A stretch of DNA of 64,000 bases from Octopus sinensis (lineage: Eukaryota). A program made the translations under genes and the position numbers. Each line of letters opens with the position of its first letter. Position 1 is the first letter of the stretch. The stretch covers positions 106,082,001 through 106,146,000 of the forward strand of contig NC_042999.1 in assembly GCF_006345805.1 (NCBI RefSeq). The letters run 5' to 3'. The notes below the pieces were generated by a model. It was not told where the DNA came from and made no database searches. It worked only from the letters and a program-made list of their open reading frames with translations. Shown one piece after another: positions 36,506-51,130 of this stretch.

Positions 36506-39500
36506 CTACATCAAATAGCGTATGAGAAGTTCAGACAGGTTAGTGCTCATGCACAAGCAAACAATTTGGACTGGCGGTTCTTAATGTCAAAAATGGAATT
36601 ATAAATGATTTAAACAGAAGTGAGTATAAATATAATTAAACAGACTAGACAGGAAACAAAGGCACATTATAGTGCTATTACTTATTGAAAGAATGGTTGA
36701 TATCCAGTATCTTGATGACTTAGTTGGATACCGCAAAGAAAAGAGAGCAGAATCTAGGTAAAATGTCACAGTACTTCTTCATAGATAGGAGGATATCAAG
36801 AGTTTTCTTAATCTAACATCATAGATGCGAGAAAGTGGCATCTAGGAAATAATTTACAGTTGTTTCTGGGTATCGGAATGGATCTTCCGTTGACTTTAAA
36901 TCACAATCTTTACCTACATATGTTCATAATTTTGTACTAATCGTGTGTACTACATCTTTATATGTTACTCTAGCTACGCGTTTCAAATTTGCAACATAGC
37001 ATAGTCTACTATCAGATGTTATGACAATCCTTCTTTATATTATACTTTATTTAATGTTTGTTTACGTCATTAATTCATTGTTAATTAGTTATATAATAAT
37101 TCGCCTCTACACACTACAACAACTTTATAACTTGACCATCTCTTGCTCTCATTTGTATTGACATTGTAATGTTGAAGTTTTACTGAGGCCCTCGTTCCTT
37201 TGCACATATGGGATACTGCTATGTATAACAAAGTAAGCCCCAATCTTGGGAAATTAAGCTTCTCATATTTATCCATAATACATCCTTACATTCAAACATA
37301 ATCATTCACACATCCTTTTGCTCATGGATTCTGAGACATTCATAAAACATATGCACATATATTTACATTATAAACACATAATTATACATCTGCGTATACA
37401 AACTATACACAAAAACTAATTCAATGACCTAAAATATTATGTAATTTGAAGTTGTTAAAATAATAGTATATTTTGTTTTAGATGGCGGCAAGAATAGATT
37501 TAACCGGAAGCCATCTTTCAAGCACATTTTGAAATATCTCTTTTACATAAAGCAGCTGAAAATTGCTTCGGCTTTGAGCTCGGTATTAACAGTAAATATA
37601 ATATGAAAATATAAATGTGTATAAGGCTTTTGTCTAATGTGTCGAATACATACACACACACACATATGTATATATACAAATCCTTGTTTATAAACGTACG
37701 CATGAGCACACATGAGTACATATGATCACATATATCTACATCTATCTATCTTATATATAGACATGCATACATACATACGTACATACATATATATATATAT
37801 GTGTGGGGGGTATGTATGCATGTAAGAATGTATATATGCATTATTAATGTAAATATACTTTTATGAATATGTGTGTAAGTGTGTGTGTACACTTGTTCTC
37901 CAATTCATGTAACTCTTAAAAGTGGGCTTCTTTATATTAGATTGTATATTTTATTTAAAATGTAACTCTCTCAAAATACATCTGGGAATATGGCTACCTA
38001 TCAGGTGTCATATTTTTCAAACACGTTTTAACACAAATAAGATGTACTCTTGACAGCTGTAAACTGACTACATAATATTGCTCTTTAGTTAAAATATTTT
38101 GTTACATTAGGGATATGAGTGTTGGCAACATCGACAGAGCAACACTCTAAACAATCTGCCTAATTTAATTTCATTCTAAGTTGAAATTCCTACTGGGCTT
38201 TTCTTTAACTTATATCCCTCTGAAGACAATAAAATAAACACTTTAGTTTACTGAAACCGATTGATTTACCTTAACGTTTTCTCTAGAAAACATTGCTTTG
38301 CCTCTCTTAAAACTAAAATTCATTTCATTTTTTCTTTTTTGCTTTACATTTTTGACCTTTCACATTTTCAAAGTTTGTTTTTATCGTTTCTTTGATATTT
38401 AGAGTTTGTCTTCATATCGTAGTGAACAACATTTTCCCGATCAACAGTGGACAAAATGTAATCACCAACTGATGTTCACTTATATGGAGCTGCCTAATAT
38501 TGACACGGTTGTGTTTCGACCGAAACGGCTGTGCATAAGAAATCTCTTCCACGTTTTGTAAAACTGGCGTTCACTATAGTTTTTGAGACAAATCAGTTAA
38601 CTTTCTCTAGAAATTGATACTCTGCTTCAGCTGAGGAAATGAAAATAACATCAGTTGATACACGGAATTATCTGTAAAAGTACTTCCATTCTAAAATTAA
38701 GAAACTTCCGAAATGTATATGGTGACCATATTGTAAACACCCACGTAGAATTGGCGTCATCAGCCCCAAGGAAACATTCACTCGGCGTAAACTATTAATT
38801 GTTCATTTCCTAATCTGACGCCATTTCGTCTTGGTTCGATGCGACTCTGGCTGTTCTCTCCAAGAATTATTGGACACCAAAAATTTATGAACTGACATTT
38901 TTCGCTTATTCATATTTAGGTCATATTTTTACATACCATTGCTAAGTGATCACAATCTCTTTTTAACCCAAGTTCTATTCTTCGTTATAGTCCTTCAAAA
39001 TCGTTTGGGAATTTTTCTTATTCCCAGTTTTCTATGACCTCAGTAAATCTTTTCACTTTTAGATGATATGTCTAACTTTGAAAGAGTAAAGCATAAATAA
39101 TATATTACAGGTGATAAATATATAAAAAAAGTATTATTCCCTCTTGTGTGGAACAAAACAGGCATTTGTTTCAGATTGATGAACAGAACTAACTTGAGTA
39201 ACAGGACATATGTTGCTATCTTGAACAAATACTTTCTCTTCTGTGTGATTTAGATCTCAAGACAGATTCTTTGTCTTTATAAGGTGTAACAATATTCTAG
39301 GTAAATGATTTCAATCAGACGTATGTATACATGAAGAAAGGTTATATAGCTAGAGATAGAGAACTCGATTGTAACTGATGAAATCAGATATATCAAAGGA
39401 TGTTAAAGAGCAAATAGAGGGCAATTTAAGGTGGTTCTGTGTGTGTATGACACAGTGATATATGTGATAAGAAATATACATTTGATTTTGACTGGATACC

Positions 39501-42500
39501 ATGCATTATCACGCAATACACAAATAACACTGAGCAGTGCTTTGGAGATACATCCCCGCTAAATATTATCTTTCACAATTCATTTGATAATAATTTACTC
39601 TCACTTTAGTTATTCATGTCTTATAAATACGTAGTACTATTCCATTAAATTTCAGTAAAATCTTGGAACTTGTAATAATTATCTGGATTTATATAATATG
39701 TTAAATATTTTGGTTATACTTTAACATATAGTATTTTTATGCATACTGTTACATAGCTCGTTTTATCTTAACAGCGTCTCTCTTTTTATTTTTTGATAAA
39801 GTTTGTATTTGTATTTTTCAAGTACACTCTTTTTTTTCGCACTATATATACCTAATATAGAAAATATCGTTGTTTCCTTTCGAATTAATGACCGTAAAGC
39901 AGTAAAATGCAGATCCTTAATAAAACACAAGTACCAGAACATTCGCAGTTTAGATCCTATTGTTAGTGAACATACGTTACTACCTGTGTTCATACAGGCC
40001 CTAATCAATCAGACATATGTCTATATGTACGTATTATGCATATATTGATATTGTACATAACCGTTAATATTCTTCACTTTCAACTATTTTTGCAAGTTGA
40101 TAGAGATGAGGTTTTTCTGTTGACTATTCTTCACTGGAAGTCCCACAGAGTGTAAATTTGTATTTGTTCCCTACTAACTGACATTCAGTGTGCGTATTTA
40201 TTTCAACTAAATTTTATAACCTAATAAATTATTTTATGTTTTGCTATTCTTCGACTTGTTATGTTCCAGCAATTTTATATTGCTTTGCAATTCAATACAC
40301 GACACAGGGGGACTCCGACCATCTTTGTAATGGCCAAAAATATAAGAGAAATGTTTAGGACTTTCTCAAACACAGAAACATTTTTCTGACAGTTTTGTCA
40401 GGTAAGTTTAACATAGAAGTGGGATTAAATTCTTAATAACAGGTAAAGCACATTAATGTATCAATATCTAATGCTTTCGCAGCATCAATCGCTAGATAAC
40501 GTCAATCGGAGGATTTATAGAGAATTGAAAGTATTCGACCACATGCTTTGTTGTATTAACGGTTCTTTATTTCGTGAGTTTAAATCCTACTAAAGTTAGT
40601 TTTAATTTCATTCTTCCAGACGTTATAAAATATATTATTAATCGTATACCTTGAGCAATATAATAGAATATAATTCACTTTATTGACATCAAAAAATGTG
40701 ACCGTATATATGGAATTATCTGTGTGACCGTTTTTATGGAATTATCTGTACAGCTACTTGTTGATATTTCAACGTCACTTGCGCTCATCTTACTTGCGTC
40801 CATGTACAATATAAATGTTTTCACAATATTTTATTGTATTTGTTCATTCTTAAAAGTAATCAGTTTCTTTTTGTCTGTAAACATTGCTTTTTATGAACAG
40901 GAAGTTTTGCTATGGCAATATATAGAAACTCAGTAGACCGAATAAATCCATGAAATGTAATACAGTAAATATTTCATGACAGTAAGTAAAATTGAGTTGT
41001 AAGCTATGAAGTAGCTTAGTAGTATGGAAACGTAGTGTAGTGAAATATATATTTGGAGAGAATTTCTAATATTACATTCTCCCTCTTTCAATATTCTATA
41101 CGATGTTGAATGAATAAATAAATAAATGAAGCTAATATCCTTTTCACTTTCTTCTCCTATAGGATCCAAAGATTCTATTTCCCATTTGGTGTATTCATTT
41201 TAACAACATGAAAATGCTTTAAAGGGTTCTAGAAATATACATGAAGATTCAATTTCCATAAGTTAATCAAAATATAAGAAGGGTTTCTGTTGAAGAAAGA
41301 AATTGCCATACAAGTAGTTTGAATAAGCAAATGCTTTATAAAATATGAAGAAAAATACATTGAAACAACGGTAAATGGAATAATTATCAGAAAAATCGGA
41401 AACATTTTTTTATTTAAAGAATGCTATTTTATTTTTGTCTTTAAAATGTCATCAATAAAAGGAAAACTCAAAAATCCTTTGTCTACAAAACGGAAAGATA
41501 GAAATGGAATTATTTTACCCCAAATTTCTTGAATTGCAAGATGCAAAGTTAATTTAATGCTTTGCTCAAGGGAGCAGTTATTTAGAGAAGCATAGAAAAT
41601 GTCCATGTGACTTAAAGGAAAGTTAAATGCGTCATTTTCTTCCCCACATCCCAACTGAGGAAATCGATATTACTTTCTTTAATGCGTTCTATTATAAAAT
41701 TATGGTAACGATATTTTGTTACATTTTTCAGCACTGAAACCAGTGCTATTTAGCATGCATACAGATTAAAATCACACATCTCATACACACGACAGCAAAA
41801 TAATAAATCGACCGATGCAATACTAGCCACTAAATGTAAAATTATCAAGAAACACTGTCATGCCGACAACAGCTATGAACTATAAATACTACTAATGCAT
41901 TATCTTGCCTATTGAATATAGTCAACCATTTACTTAAACATGAAAAACTATATAAGTATCCTCATTATCTTCAATAGTTTTACTGATATGTACACCACTA
42001 ATTCAAAATGCATTATAACAACCACGTTTACATCATATTCCCGTTGATCCTCCATTATATGGTCACCATAAGAACATTCATAAGTCAGATTAATGCCAGC
42101 CTTTGACAACTTCTTACTTTTTACCCATCATTTATAGAGTGTACTTATTGCGGATTTTTGGAAACATGTAGATATTTAAACAAAACACTATAATGTTACT
42201 AAGTAAACATCATTTCTACAGTTACGCTCGTGGAACAATATCAGCTTATATTACCTAACACGAGGTAAACGCTGAGAAAATGCAGTGGAATACAGTGGGT
42301 TTAGGCGTGGTGCGTCACAATTAGACAAGAAACTAACCTGTCTTGTGTGTCCTTCACACATTCACGCACATACCTCTTTGGGGCTTGATGATTTGCAATA
42401 TAATTGTTTGATTATCTTAATTCTTTCTCTTGTAAACAACGTACTAGCGGCTGAGAATTCGAGAGACACGGTTGCTGAAGAAGTGTGATTAAATATGATA

Positions 42501-43814
42501 CATCAGGACGTTTACAGTACCGGTGCAGCCTCGTGTGAATGAGAGCTTGATAGATTGAATGGGAGAAATAGATACAGAAGGGTCCAAGTTAGTACTGTTC
42601 TAATTCCGTATTTACGTAGTTATCTCCAAAACATGTATCCCAGGCAAAATTGTAGTCGGTGGGATTTGAAAATCTGAATATCAGAAGGTATTCTAATGCG
42701 ATTTGTATTTCTATCCGTCTCTTATGAAACCACAATGTTATAAAAACTATTTCTTCTTCCTCAAAATTACGTTTCCACTAGTTGAACATCACCTAGAATT
42801 TGGAACGAGAATTTGGAAACAAAGTATCTGTTACGTTGAATATGTTCTATACATCGCCTAGAATCATTCTTTCCCTTATATATTCTTAGTACTACCAAAC
42901 ACCACAAATGACAAACCTTTTCTCGGTTCTCAAAGCATCCATAATATGCAAGACAATTCAGTATCCTTTACTTCCTTCTATAAGTATCACCGAAATAAAC
43001 CATCAGCTTCCTTAGACAGTGTCCTTTGTACATTTAATCAGAGAGGCATTGCTGCCGTAGAGCTATGTCATGATATTATATCACATTAATATCTAATGTC
43101 TAGCATTTTTCGACGTTGTATATCGCATTATATTGACCCTACAACTTGTTGGAAATTTTAAGCTCACAACTCGGAAATGGTAAACTGGAGATTTCAATGT
43201 CATTTGAACTCAGAATGTAGAGGGATCTGAGTATTTTGCTTCGTTGTTCAAATATTTTTGAGATGGTACTGACTTACATGTCACATTTATCATAGTACAA
43301 TATTCGTTCAGTGATAAAATTATAGACTAGACAAGGAAAACACAGGTTAAATATCGACATTCAAGTACTTCATTGATTTGAAATTAATGTAAAATGTAGT
43401 TTCGGGCTCTCTAATATCCACTGCAAACTACCATACACGAAACTTCTTCTGTGTCTTCTGTTTATTTATTTTATATATCCTGCTGGATGTATAAGATCAT
43501 CCTCTTTTCACCAGTAATTGTCAGAATGTTAAAACCTAGCATGTCTACACGGAAATACGTAATCGAGATTTTAGGTATCCTGTTTGAATCGTTTCTCTCA
43601 TGAACATTGTAAGAATGTCTCGTATCCGAAACGAAATCATATTAGTTGTTGACATTATATACATGGATATTCTAAAGTGGCAGAACAAAATACGGGATTA
43701 TGACTGGTGTTTCCGCATACATTTGAGGCACATTTCATTCAAATTGAATGTATATCATATAATTTTCCTCCTTCTCTCTCTCATACACACATACACACGT
43801 ACTTACACACTTAT

Positions 43815-43948
43815 GATAGGCTTCCACAGAGTTTCTGTCTACCAGCCTCACACAAGACATTACTAGGCCTGTAACTAAAGCAGGAAACACTTGCCCAAGT
43901 GTCTGCAAAGTGGGAGTGAACAATGACCTTCTTAACCACACAGCTATG
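43815..43948 (-). mobile_element. SINE family B, decayed 5' portion
   Basis: GTTTCTGTCTACC...AAACACTTGCCCAAG...GTGGGAGTGAAC...TTAACCACACAGC resembles 27300-27450 and 48120-48214. Confidence 0.7.
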
Positions 43949-45624
43949 ATTAGCTTGAGTCCTTACTGTAGTACTACATATTTGAAACCCTGAAAGTTTA
44001 TGTCAGTGCGTTTATAGGAAAAATAATCAGCGCAAACTACTATATAGTAAGAACAGTTATAACAAATGCCATACAATGAAAATTCTTGAAGTTTTAAAAT
44101 TTTCTCCGCCTGTACAGTAGGTGTTGTAATTATGAACTGCCAATTGAGGCTTGCTTCATAGAAGATGGTGTCTTCTTGTAATATAGTCCCTGCTTCCTTT
44201 GTCTACAGTTGATGAGGTTGGGTCGCTGTTAGGGTGATGATGTCTAATGAGGGTAAAGACCCGTCACTAACTATATTCTTATATCCAGAAAATTCATTTG
44301 TTATTTTCCTTCATGGCATGTCAACTTTGAAGAACACTTGATTCTTTTGATTATCTCCATTTCACACGATGAGCTTGTCATAACTTCTATTTGGCAATTA
44401 CGACATAGAAACAAAAGTATAAATGGGGATATATATAGACTCATTATTCAATGCATGTCTAGCATTTCCGAGAATAAAGTAGGAATTGTGATAGAAACCC
44501 CTTAAACATTCACTATAAAGGAAAAGGTATACATGGGATCTATGCGACAATGCTTGCAACTGGGAAAGTCACCGGAGGGACGATATAAGCATTATTCATG
44601 CAAATCTAAGCAGTAGGAACCTTTCTTTCTCGTAGTATTCGCAAATTGTAGTAGCAATAAAATAATTAAAGTAATCACATAATTTCACTAAAAGTTTTTA
44701 ATTAAACACAACCGTATTGTTACAAAACCATGCGGAGGAAAGTAATTTCAATCGGAAAAATAAATTTGCTGAGCCCTCAAAGAGTTTAAATTGTCTTCAT
44801 GCAACTGTAAAGTGTCTACTTGACGGTAATTAATTTCGAATTAAAGTAATCTATAAATGCGATATCACTGATCCAAACCAAGAACAGGTATTATATTGTT
44901 ATCGCAGAGAATCAATTTGAGATCTGCTATAATATCCACAACAATACACCTGCTCACAAAAATTGAGGTAAAATTATATCATTAGCAAACTATATAACGA
45001 CAGTATATTTAAGGGTTACTCATTTCAAACTGTAAATGTTTATGCATTTCAAACGTAATTGCATTTCATCTTATAGCACTAGTTTATATTTTGTCTTGCC
45101 ACCATTCTGCCTACATGTATTTCATATGTAATCTATAGGAATGCATCATACAATTATAGCACATTAATTTTTAAAATAGTATCTTAAAGATAACGTATTC
45201 ACACACACGCACGCACACATGAATATATACACGACAACACGCGCGCCCATATATATATGGGAGAGGTGTGTATAAATGCTTGTTTTTCCCTCACGAACTG
45301 ATTAGTGTATGGGGCATGTATTCAATTCCCAGAGCAGCGTGCTGTGTCCTTAAGCAATGCATTTCTATGAATGCTATTTAAGTCTACGTTGCTGAGAATG
45401 AATAGAAGCAATGAGGTATGGATCCCTCCAGCTGTCCTCACCTCAGTATTTCTTTTCTTCAATGGATGGAGGACAACGTAATTCCGAATTGCATTCCTTT
45501 CTAAAACAATTAGTACCATCATGGTACGTGTTAGCAGGTCACTAACGATTGACATTGCGAGATAGGTTTCAGGTACTTGATACTTAAACACACAAATATA
45601 CAGGCATTCACACACGCGCGCATA

Positions 45625-45657
<33 letters not shown>

Positions 45658-45819
45658 TCAACAGAGACGCAAACACACATATACATATATGGTCCAAAAG
45701 TACACAAAAAAACCCAAATATAACATGAAAAACAGTCAGGTGCTGTAACCAGAAAACAGGGGTATTATTTCGACGCTCAGGGAAGACAGAAGATGTCATT
45801 GACAATGCTAGTGTATGTG

Positions 45820-45864
<45 letters not shown>

Positions 45865-45867
<3 letters not shown>

Positions 45868-45986
45868 ATAATATGTTACATTACTCGATAGTCAAGATAA
45901 AACTCTGAGTTTCAGATGCCGAAGTGGGAATCCGCGACATCTCTTCGGTTTTATCTTGACTATCGAGTAATGTAACATATTATTGT
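45865..45986. repeat. 39-bp perfect inverted repeat with a 44-nt structured spacer
   Basis: ACAATAATATGTTACATTACTCGATAGTCAAGATAAAAC (45865-45903) is the exact reverse complement of 45948-45986. Confidence 0.97.
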
Positions 45987-46055
45987 ATAGATAAATTTCC
46001 TCTATTTACATAATATTGAGGTCTCTTTCTTTCTTTTGTTATCTTACCGTTTTAG

Positions 46056-46118
<63 letters not shown>

Positions 46119-46121
46119 CAT

Positions 46122-46157
<36 letters not shown>

Positions 46158-46218
46158 TACAATTATTATTTATATTACTATATGACTGAACGCCACGCGT
46201 CCTTTTCCAAGTAATTGC

Positions 46219-46261
<43 letters not shown>

Positions 46262-46985
46262 ACTTAGAAAGGTTTTGGCCAGTATTGGCCCAGGCCATGT
46301 CTAACTTAATAGCACCACCTGGCGAAGTCTTTCAGTTCAGGATTTGGGCACCAAGGCCCATTCGAGCAGAGAGTTATTGTTTGCAGAGACATATCCGGGT
46401 GTGGGTGGTTTGTCCGGTACTGTTTGAAGGAATTTGTCCAAAGACTTCTTGAATTTTGTGTGGTCAGTTTCTTTTTTGACGTGTCCTGGTGTAATGTTGA
46501 AGAGAGCGGGTCCAATTGAGGTGAAATAGTTGTGCCGTATTGTCGTTATGTGATGCGATTTAGATTTTTGTTGTGGACGGATGGCACGTGGTCCAAGCTT
46601 TGGATGCATTTTGAAGGTGATGCCAACATCATTCGGACAGTGCTGATGGAATATTTTCCACATCATACAGATAATGTAGCGTTCACGGCGTCGTTGGAGT
46701 GAATACAATTTCAGCTTCTCTAGTCTACCCCAGTAGTCAAGGTCTGACATGCCATCTATCTTTTTTGTGATTGACCTTTGGGGAGCTTCAATTCTCATAA
46801 TATTTTGCTTTGTGTAGGGAGACCACAGTGGACAGCAGTATTCAAGGTGGGGTCGGGCAAAAGTGGAGAAGAGAAGGATAATAGCGTGGGAATCTCTCGA
46901 CTGGAAGGTTCTGAGAATCCAGGAACACATTCTGCGGGCCATGTCAACTTTGCTGCTTATATGTGTAGCCCACTGAATGTCTCTC
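46262..46985 (-). mobile_element. 5'-truncated CR1-type LINE 3' end with an uninterrupted RT C-terminal frame
   Basis: ORF 46337-47080 contains WATHI...WILRTF...RPHLEYCCPLWSP...IEAPQRSITKKI...YWGRLEKLKLYSLQRRRERY. The first ~35 aa of the ORF are unrelated flank. Confidence 0.93.
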
Positions 46986-47742
46986 GTTGAGAGATTTACA
47001 AACAGAAATCGCGATACACAGATAGTATGTCGTATAGCCAGTTGGAGACGATGTTTCCTGGGGCTAAATATCAATAACATTCGTCTTAACCAGGACTGCT
47101 ATGTTGTGTTGAGAAATAATTTTTATTTATGATCTGCGATATCATAACTTATATTACCCCCACTTAAAGGCATTACCTTAATGCCAAGCTCTATCAGAAT
47201 TTCTTTCTCAGTACTTAGTTGTTTTAGTTTGTTTCTATACTAGATACTCAAATGATCATAACCAAATTCCTATCAATGGAATGCTGTAACTATGTTACCG
47301 GCTTTCGTAATTCATATAAGTTTTATGGTATTTTATATATATTGCATTATTTCGATACTGAACTCAGCAGAAACTTAAACAAATTGTTGATCTATCGATA
47401 TAAAAATCACTGGTTTCACACATCCTGCAACCACGGTGAATATTTTACCATGGCTTTTCATACAAATACAGTATCTATATCCTTGCTTTTAGCCTTAACA
47501 AAGAATGCTATTAAGACGTATTATATATATAAATTCTCCTCTATCAACCACGTTGCTAGTTAATTACAGCTCTGTACCGAAGGCTAAACATGAAATATAA
47601 AGAGAGACGCTGCATACAAGCCTGGGAATCAAAATTACTACCCAACAATTTTGACCCAAAAATCTATACGAGCCATCACTACTATTCGATAGAGTGTAAT
47701 TGCTTTTTCAGACATTGAAAGTTGTTCTTTTATTCTTGTACT

Positions 47743-47953
47743 TATTTCAGTCGGTTTGATAGCAGCTATGCTGGAGCACCGCCTTAAAGAATTCTTCATA
47801 GTCGAAGAAATTGAGCCCATGACTTATTCTTTGTAAGCCTAGTACTTATACTGTCGGTATATTTTGCCGAAATGCTAAGTTACAAGGAGGTAAACACACC
47901 CCCCATCGGTTGTCAAGTGAAGGCGATGGAATAAACGCAGACATAATTATGTA

Positions 47954-48021
<68 letters not shown>

Positions 48022-48214
48022 TAGATAGATAGAAAGATATATACATATATATATATGTATATATATGCATATATATAAATGCATTTATATATATGTGTGT
48101 GTATATGTATATATATAATAGAAGACACTTGTCCAAGTTGCCATGCAGTGGGATTGAACCCGGCATTATATACTTGGAAAGCAAGCTTCCCACCACTCAG
48201 CCACGCCTGCACCT
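47743..48214 (-). mobile_element. Near full-length tRNA-derived SINE family B with an expanded internal (TA)n
   Basis: The minus-strand head has A-box TGGCTGAGTGG (48203-48193) and B-box GGGTTCAATCCC (48161-48150); the body aligns with the 11871 and 27001 copies. Confidence 0.92.
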
Positions 48215-48844
48215 GCAACAAATAGAATTCATTTATTAATGAAAGCTGACACTGACGTTTTAAAGTTTTTAGGACCCATTGAAGAACTTGCATTTTGATA
48301 CACAGTACATCAGGTTAGATGATTCTGTTGCGTACGATCATCAGTCAGCTCAAAGAGGGATTACCTGCCATTAAATAATGAGAAAAATAATAGTCAGCAG
48401 AATCATTCACTTTTGCGCTGATTAATGAAAATAATCGCAGATATCATGCGAAAAGCTTACGTCATAGTTTTCGAAAATTTATTTGCCTGCAATCTCTCCT
48501 CATTTAATGATGACAATTTTACATTAGAAATATGCCAGACAATTTAATTTACAATGTATAGTAGATCTAATTGAAACCTGTAAATGATGTCTCTTATTTT
48601 ATTAGCCTGTGCATAATGAAATGTAAAGCTAACCGCAGGGAGACTTCTATATAATATAGAATAATGGATTTCAATATGGAAGGGCGTGTGTATGTATTTA
48701 TACATACATACGTACACACACACGAAGTCTCATAGACACACACACACATACAAGTATGTATACAGAAATTATGCACACATAAAATTGTGTCACCAATATT
48801 CTTAAATCTGTGCTCTGTTTTATTAAGTTATTTACTTTATAAGG

Positions 48845-48903
48845 AATAATGATGATGATGGTGATGATGATGATGATGATGACGACGAGACGACGAAGAT
48901 GAC

Positions 48904-48948
<45 letters not shown>

Positions 48949-48965
48949 AATGATGATGTTGATGA
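48845..48965. repeat. (GAT)n trinucleotide array
   Basis: Directly visible; it gives the poly-M and poly-I ORFs. Confidence 0.95.
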
Positions 48966-51065
48966 TGAAGAGGAGGGGGAGGATTATGAGGATAAGGAAT
49001 AATAAAACAAAACGTAATCTCATTATAAATATAGAAATGTCTTTAGAAAATTTTAAAATTTCTAGTGGTGAAATAAATGTGTTTCAAATATGAAAAGATA
49101 AACACGAAAGAAATTTTCTATGATAATATTAGGTTTCACCATCTTTTAAAAAATAAGTAGTATACATTATTAGTTTCCATGAAACATGATATAACATAAG
49201 AAAGGAAAAAGTTTGGTATCACTCTCACAGATACAGAAGCGAACACAAGAACATAAATATGCATATAACCATATAAACATGTATGGCTGTATGATTGATG
49301 TATAAGAAGGTGATTACGAATATTTATATGTGTCCCAATGTGTATGTGTGTGTGAGTGCGTGTATGTGTGTGTGTGTGAGGAAGAGAGAGAGAGAGAGAG
49401 AGAGGGAGTGAAAAGTTGCATAGTCGAAATAGCAAGTGAAGAAATTCATCATTACTAACAAGTATTCGTTATGTAATAAGTTATAAAAATATTTTCTTCA
49501 TGGCTAACACGGTTCAAAAGATGCGCAGACATATCCCTTGAAATTTAATTAACGAAAATCAATCTAACATATAATGCAATGTGGATATACCTAAGTGTTT
49601 GTAGTGGCAAATCTGAACAGGTTTCAGTTTTATTGGACTTGCTTAACAAAGGGATCGAACATGTACGCCTGTTGCATGAAAACACTAGAAAACTGTTTGC
49701 TAAAATATGTAACAGGACGGTAAACTCTAATTAATAAACAATATTATTTCACAAGTGAGATTCGTAGGTACATTGTGGGTATTCACATTTCATGCCCTAT
49801 TAAATATTTTTTCCCACATTGTACATGTAATTGCCTGTGTGGGTGTGCTTAATCATTTATGTCCATAACACATTATAACAGTTGGTGCACTGATAGCAGG
49901 AAATGAAAAATGAACTCTCTAACTGGAAACTTGTCCGAAACGATTCCGACACGATAGATATCCGAAAAGGCACTTGGTGTTTCAAGAGGCAGTATGAAAG
50001 TAAATGAAATTTTACCATCACCACATAGAGCAATATTAAGCATGCCACGCATTATGGCCAATGCCCAACTATTTGATGAACATCCCCAACATTTAACCTG
50101 TAACATCCGCTAATTTTGTGATAGGATATAATACACATTATAGTAATGCTAATGCCATACACTCAAATGAATTATGAAGCGTTATGTAAAGATATATAAA
50201 GCAATAAATTACAATCGGGTGATTCAAAATCTAGAATGTTTGTTGTTTTCTAATTCAGGATAAATAGGAGGTATAATTTCTGTCATCCCAATACTAAGAT
50301 CTGGGGATGCCTTTACGCTATTTTTATTTTATTTGAAGCTATTCTTATTAAGTAAACATATTTCGATTTAGCTGTTTTCATTTATCTAAATATTGAGTTC
50401 TAGATAATATTTCTTTTCCTAGTACTTAAGCATTCTGCTAGCGTAGATACACATTTACTCTAGCCTATATAATTACGTTTTAATATTTTATTTTAAAGTT
50501 TATATCATTGCAATGTTTTCTTTTGTTTTATAATTTTATAGTTGCTCTGCACGTTTCATTTACCTTCGTAACTATTGTTTACCTTGTTAACAATTAGAAA
50601 ATGTTCTGTTCATAGTTACAATATCAGATATAAGATTTCAAAAGGCTTAGTATAATTACATAAGCATGCAATATCTATCAATTATTCTTAAATGGTAATG
50701 AAATCCATGTTGGGCGTTTCTATGAATTAATACCCTAGAAGGCAGTATTTTTCTGTGGAGACATGTTATTACAAACCAACCAGTGCATATGTTTGGAAAC
50801 TTTCATGTTTTCTACAAATAACTTCACATTGTATTTATAGAATGCAATTGTAATATATTTTGCACGACATCTTTTGTATATAATGTTAGTTTCTGTGGAT
50901 CACTAGTATTTCATAGAAAAGTTTTGATTGAGAAGTAAAGAAATAATTCTGATATTACTCTGTAATACATCATTCCGTGACATAGAAGAGCAATATACGA
51001 TATGGGAACTGAAATGAAAACATGTATATATGTGGGTATGTATGCGCGTATATATATATACACAC

Positions 51066-51130
<65 letters not shown>

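Noticed and set aside
37481-37580. Acceptor followed by DGGKNRFNRKPSFKHILKYLFYIKQLKLLRL*
   Set aside because: No recognisable homolog, linked exon or polyadenylation evidence.
48121-48214. tRNA-like A/B boxes here and at 54564-54660
   Set aside because: They are SINE heads: no complete cloverleaf, and they continue into repeat bodies.
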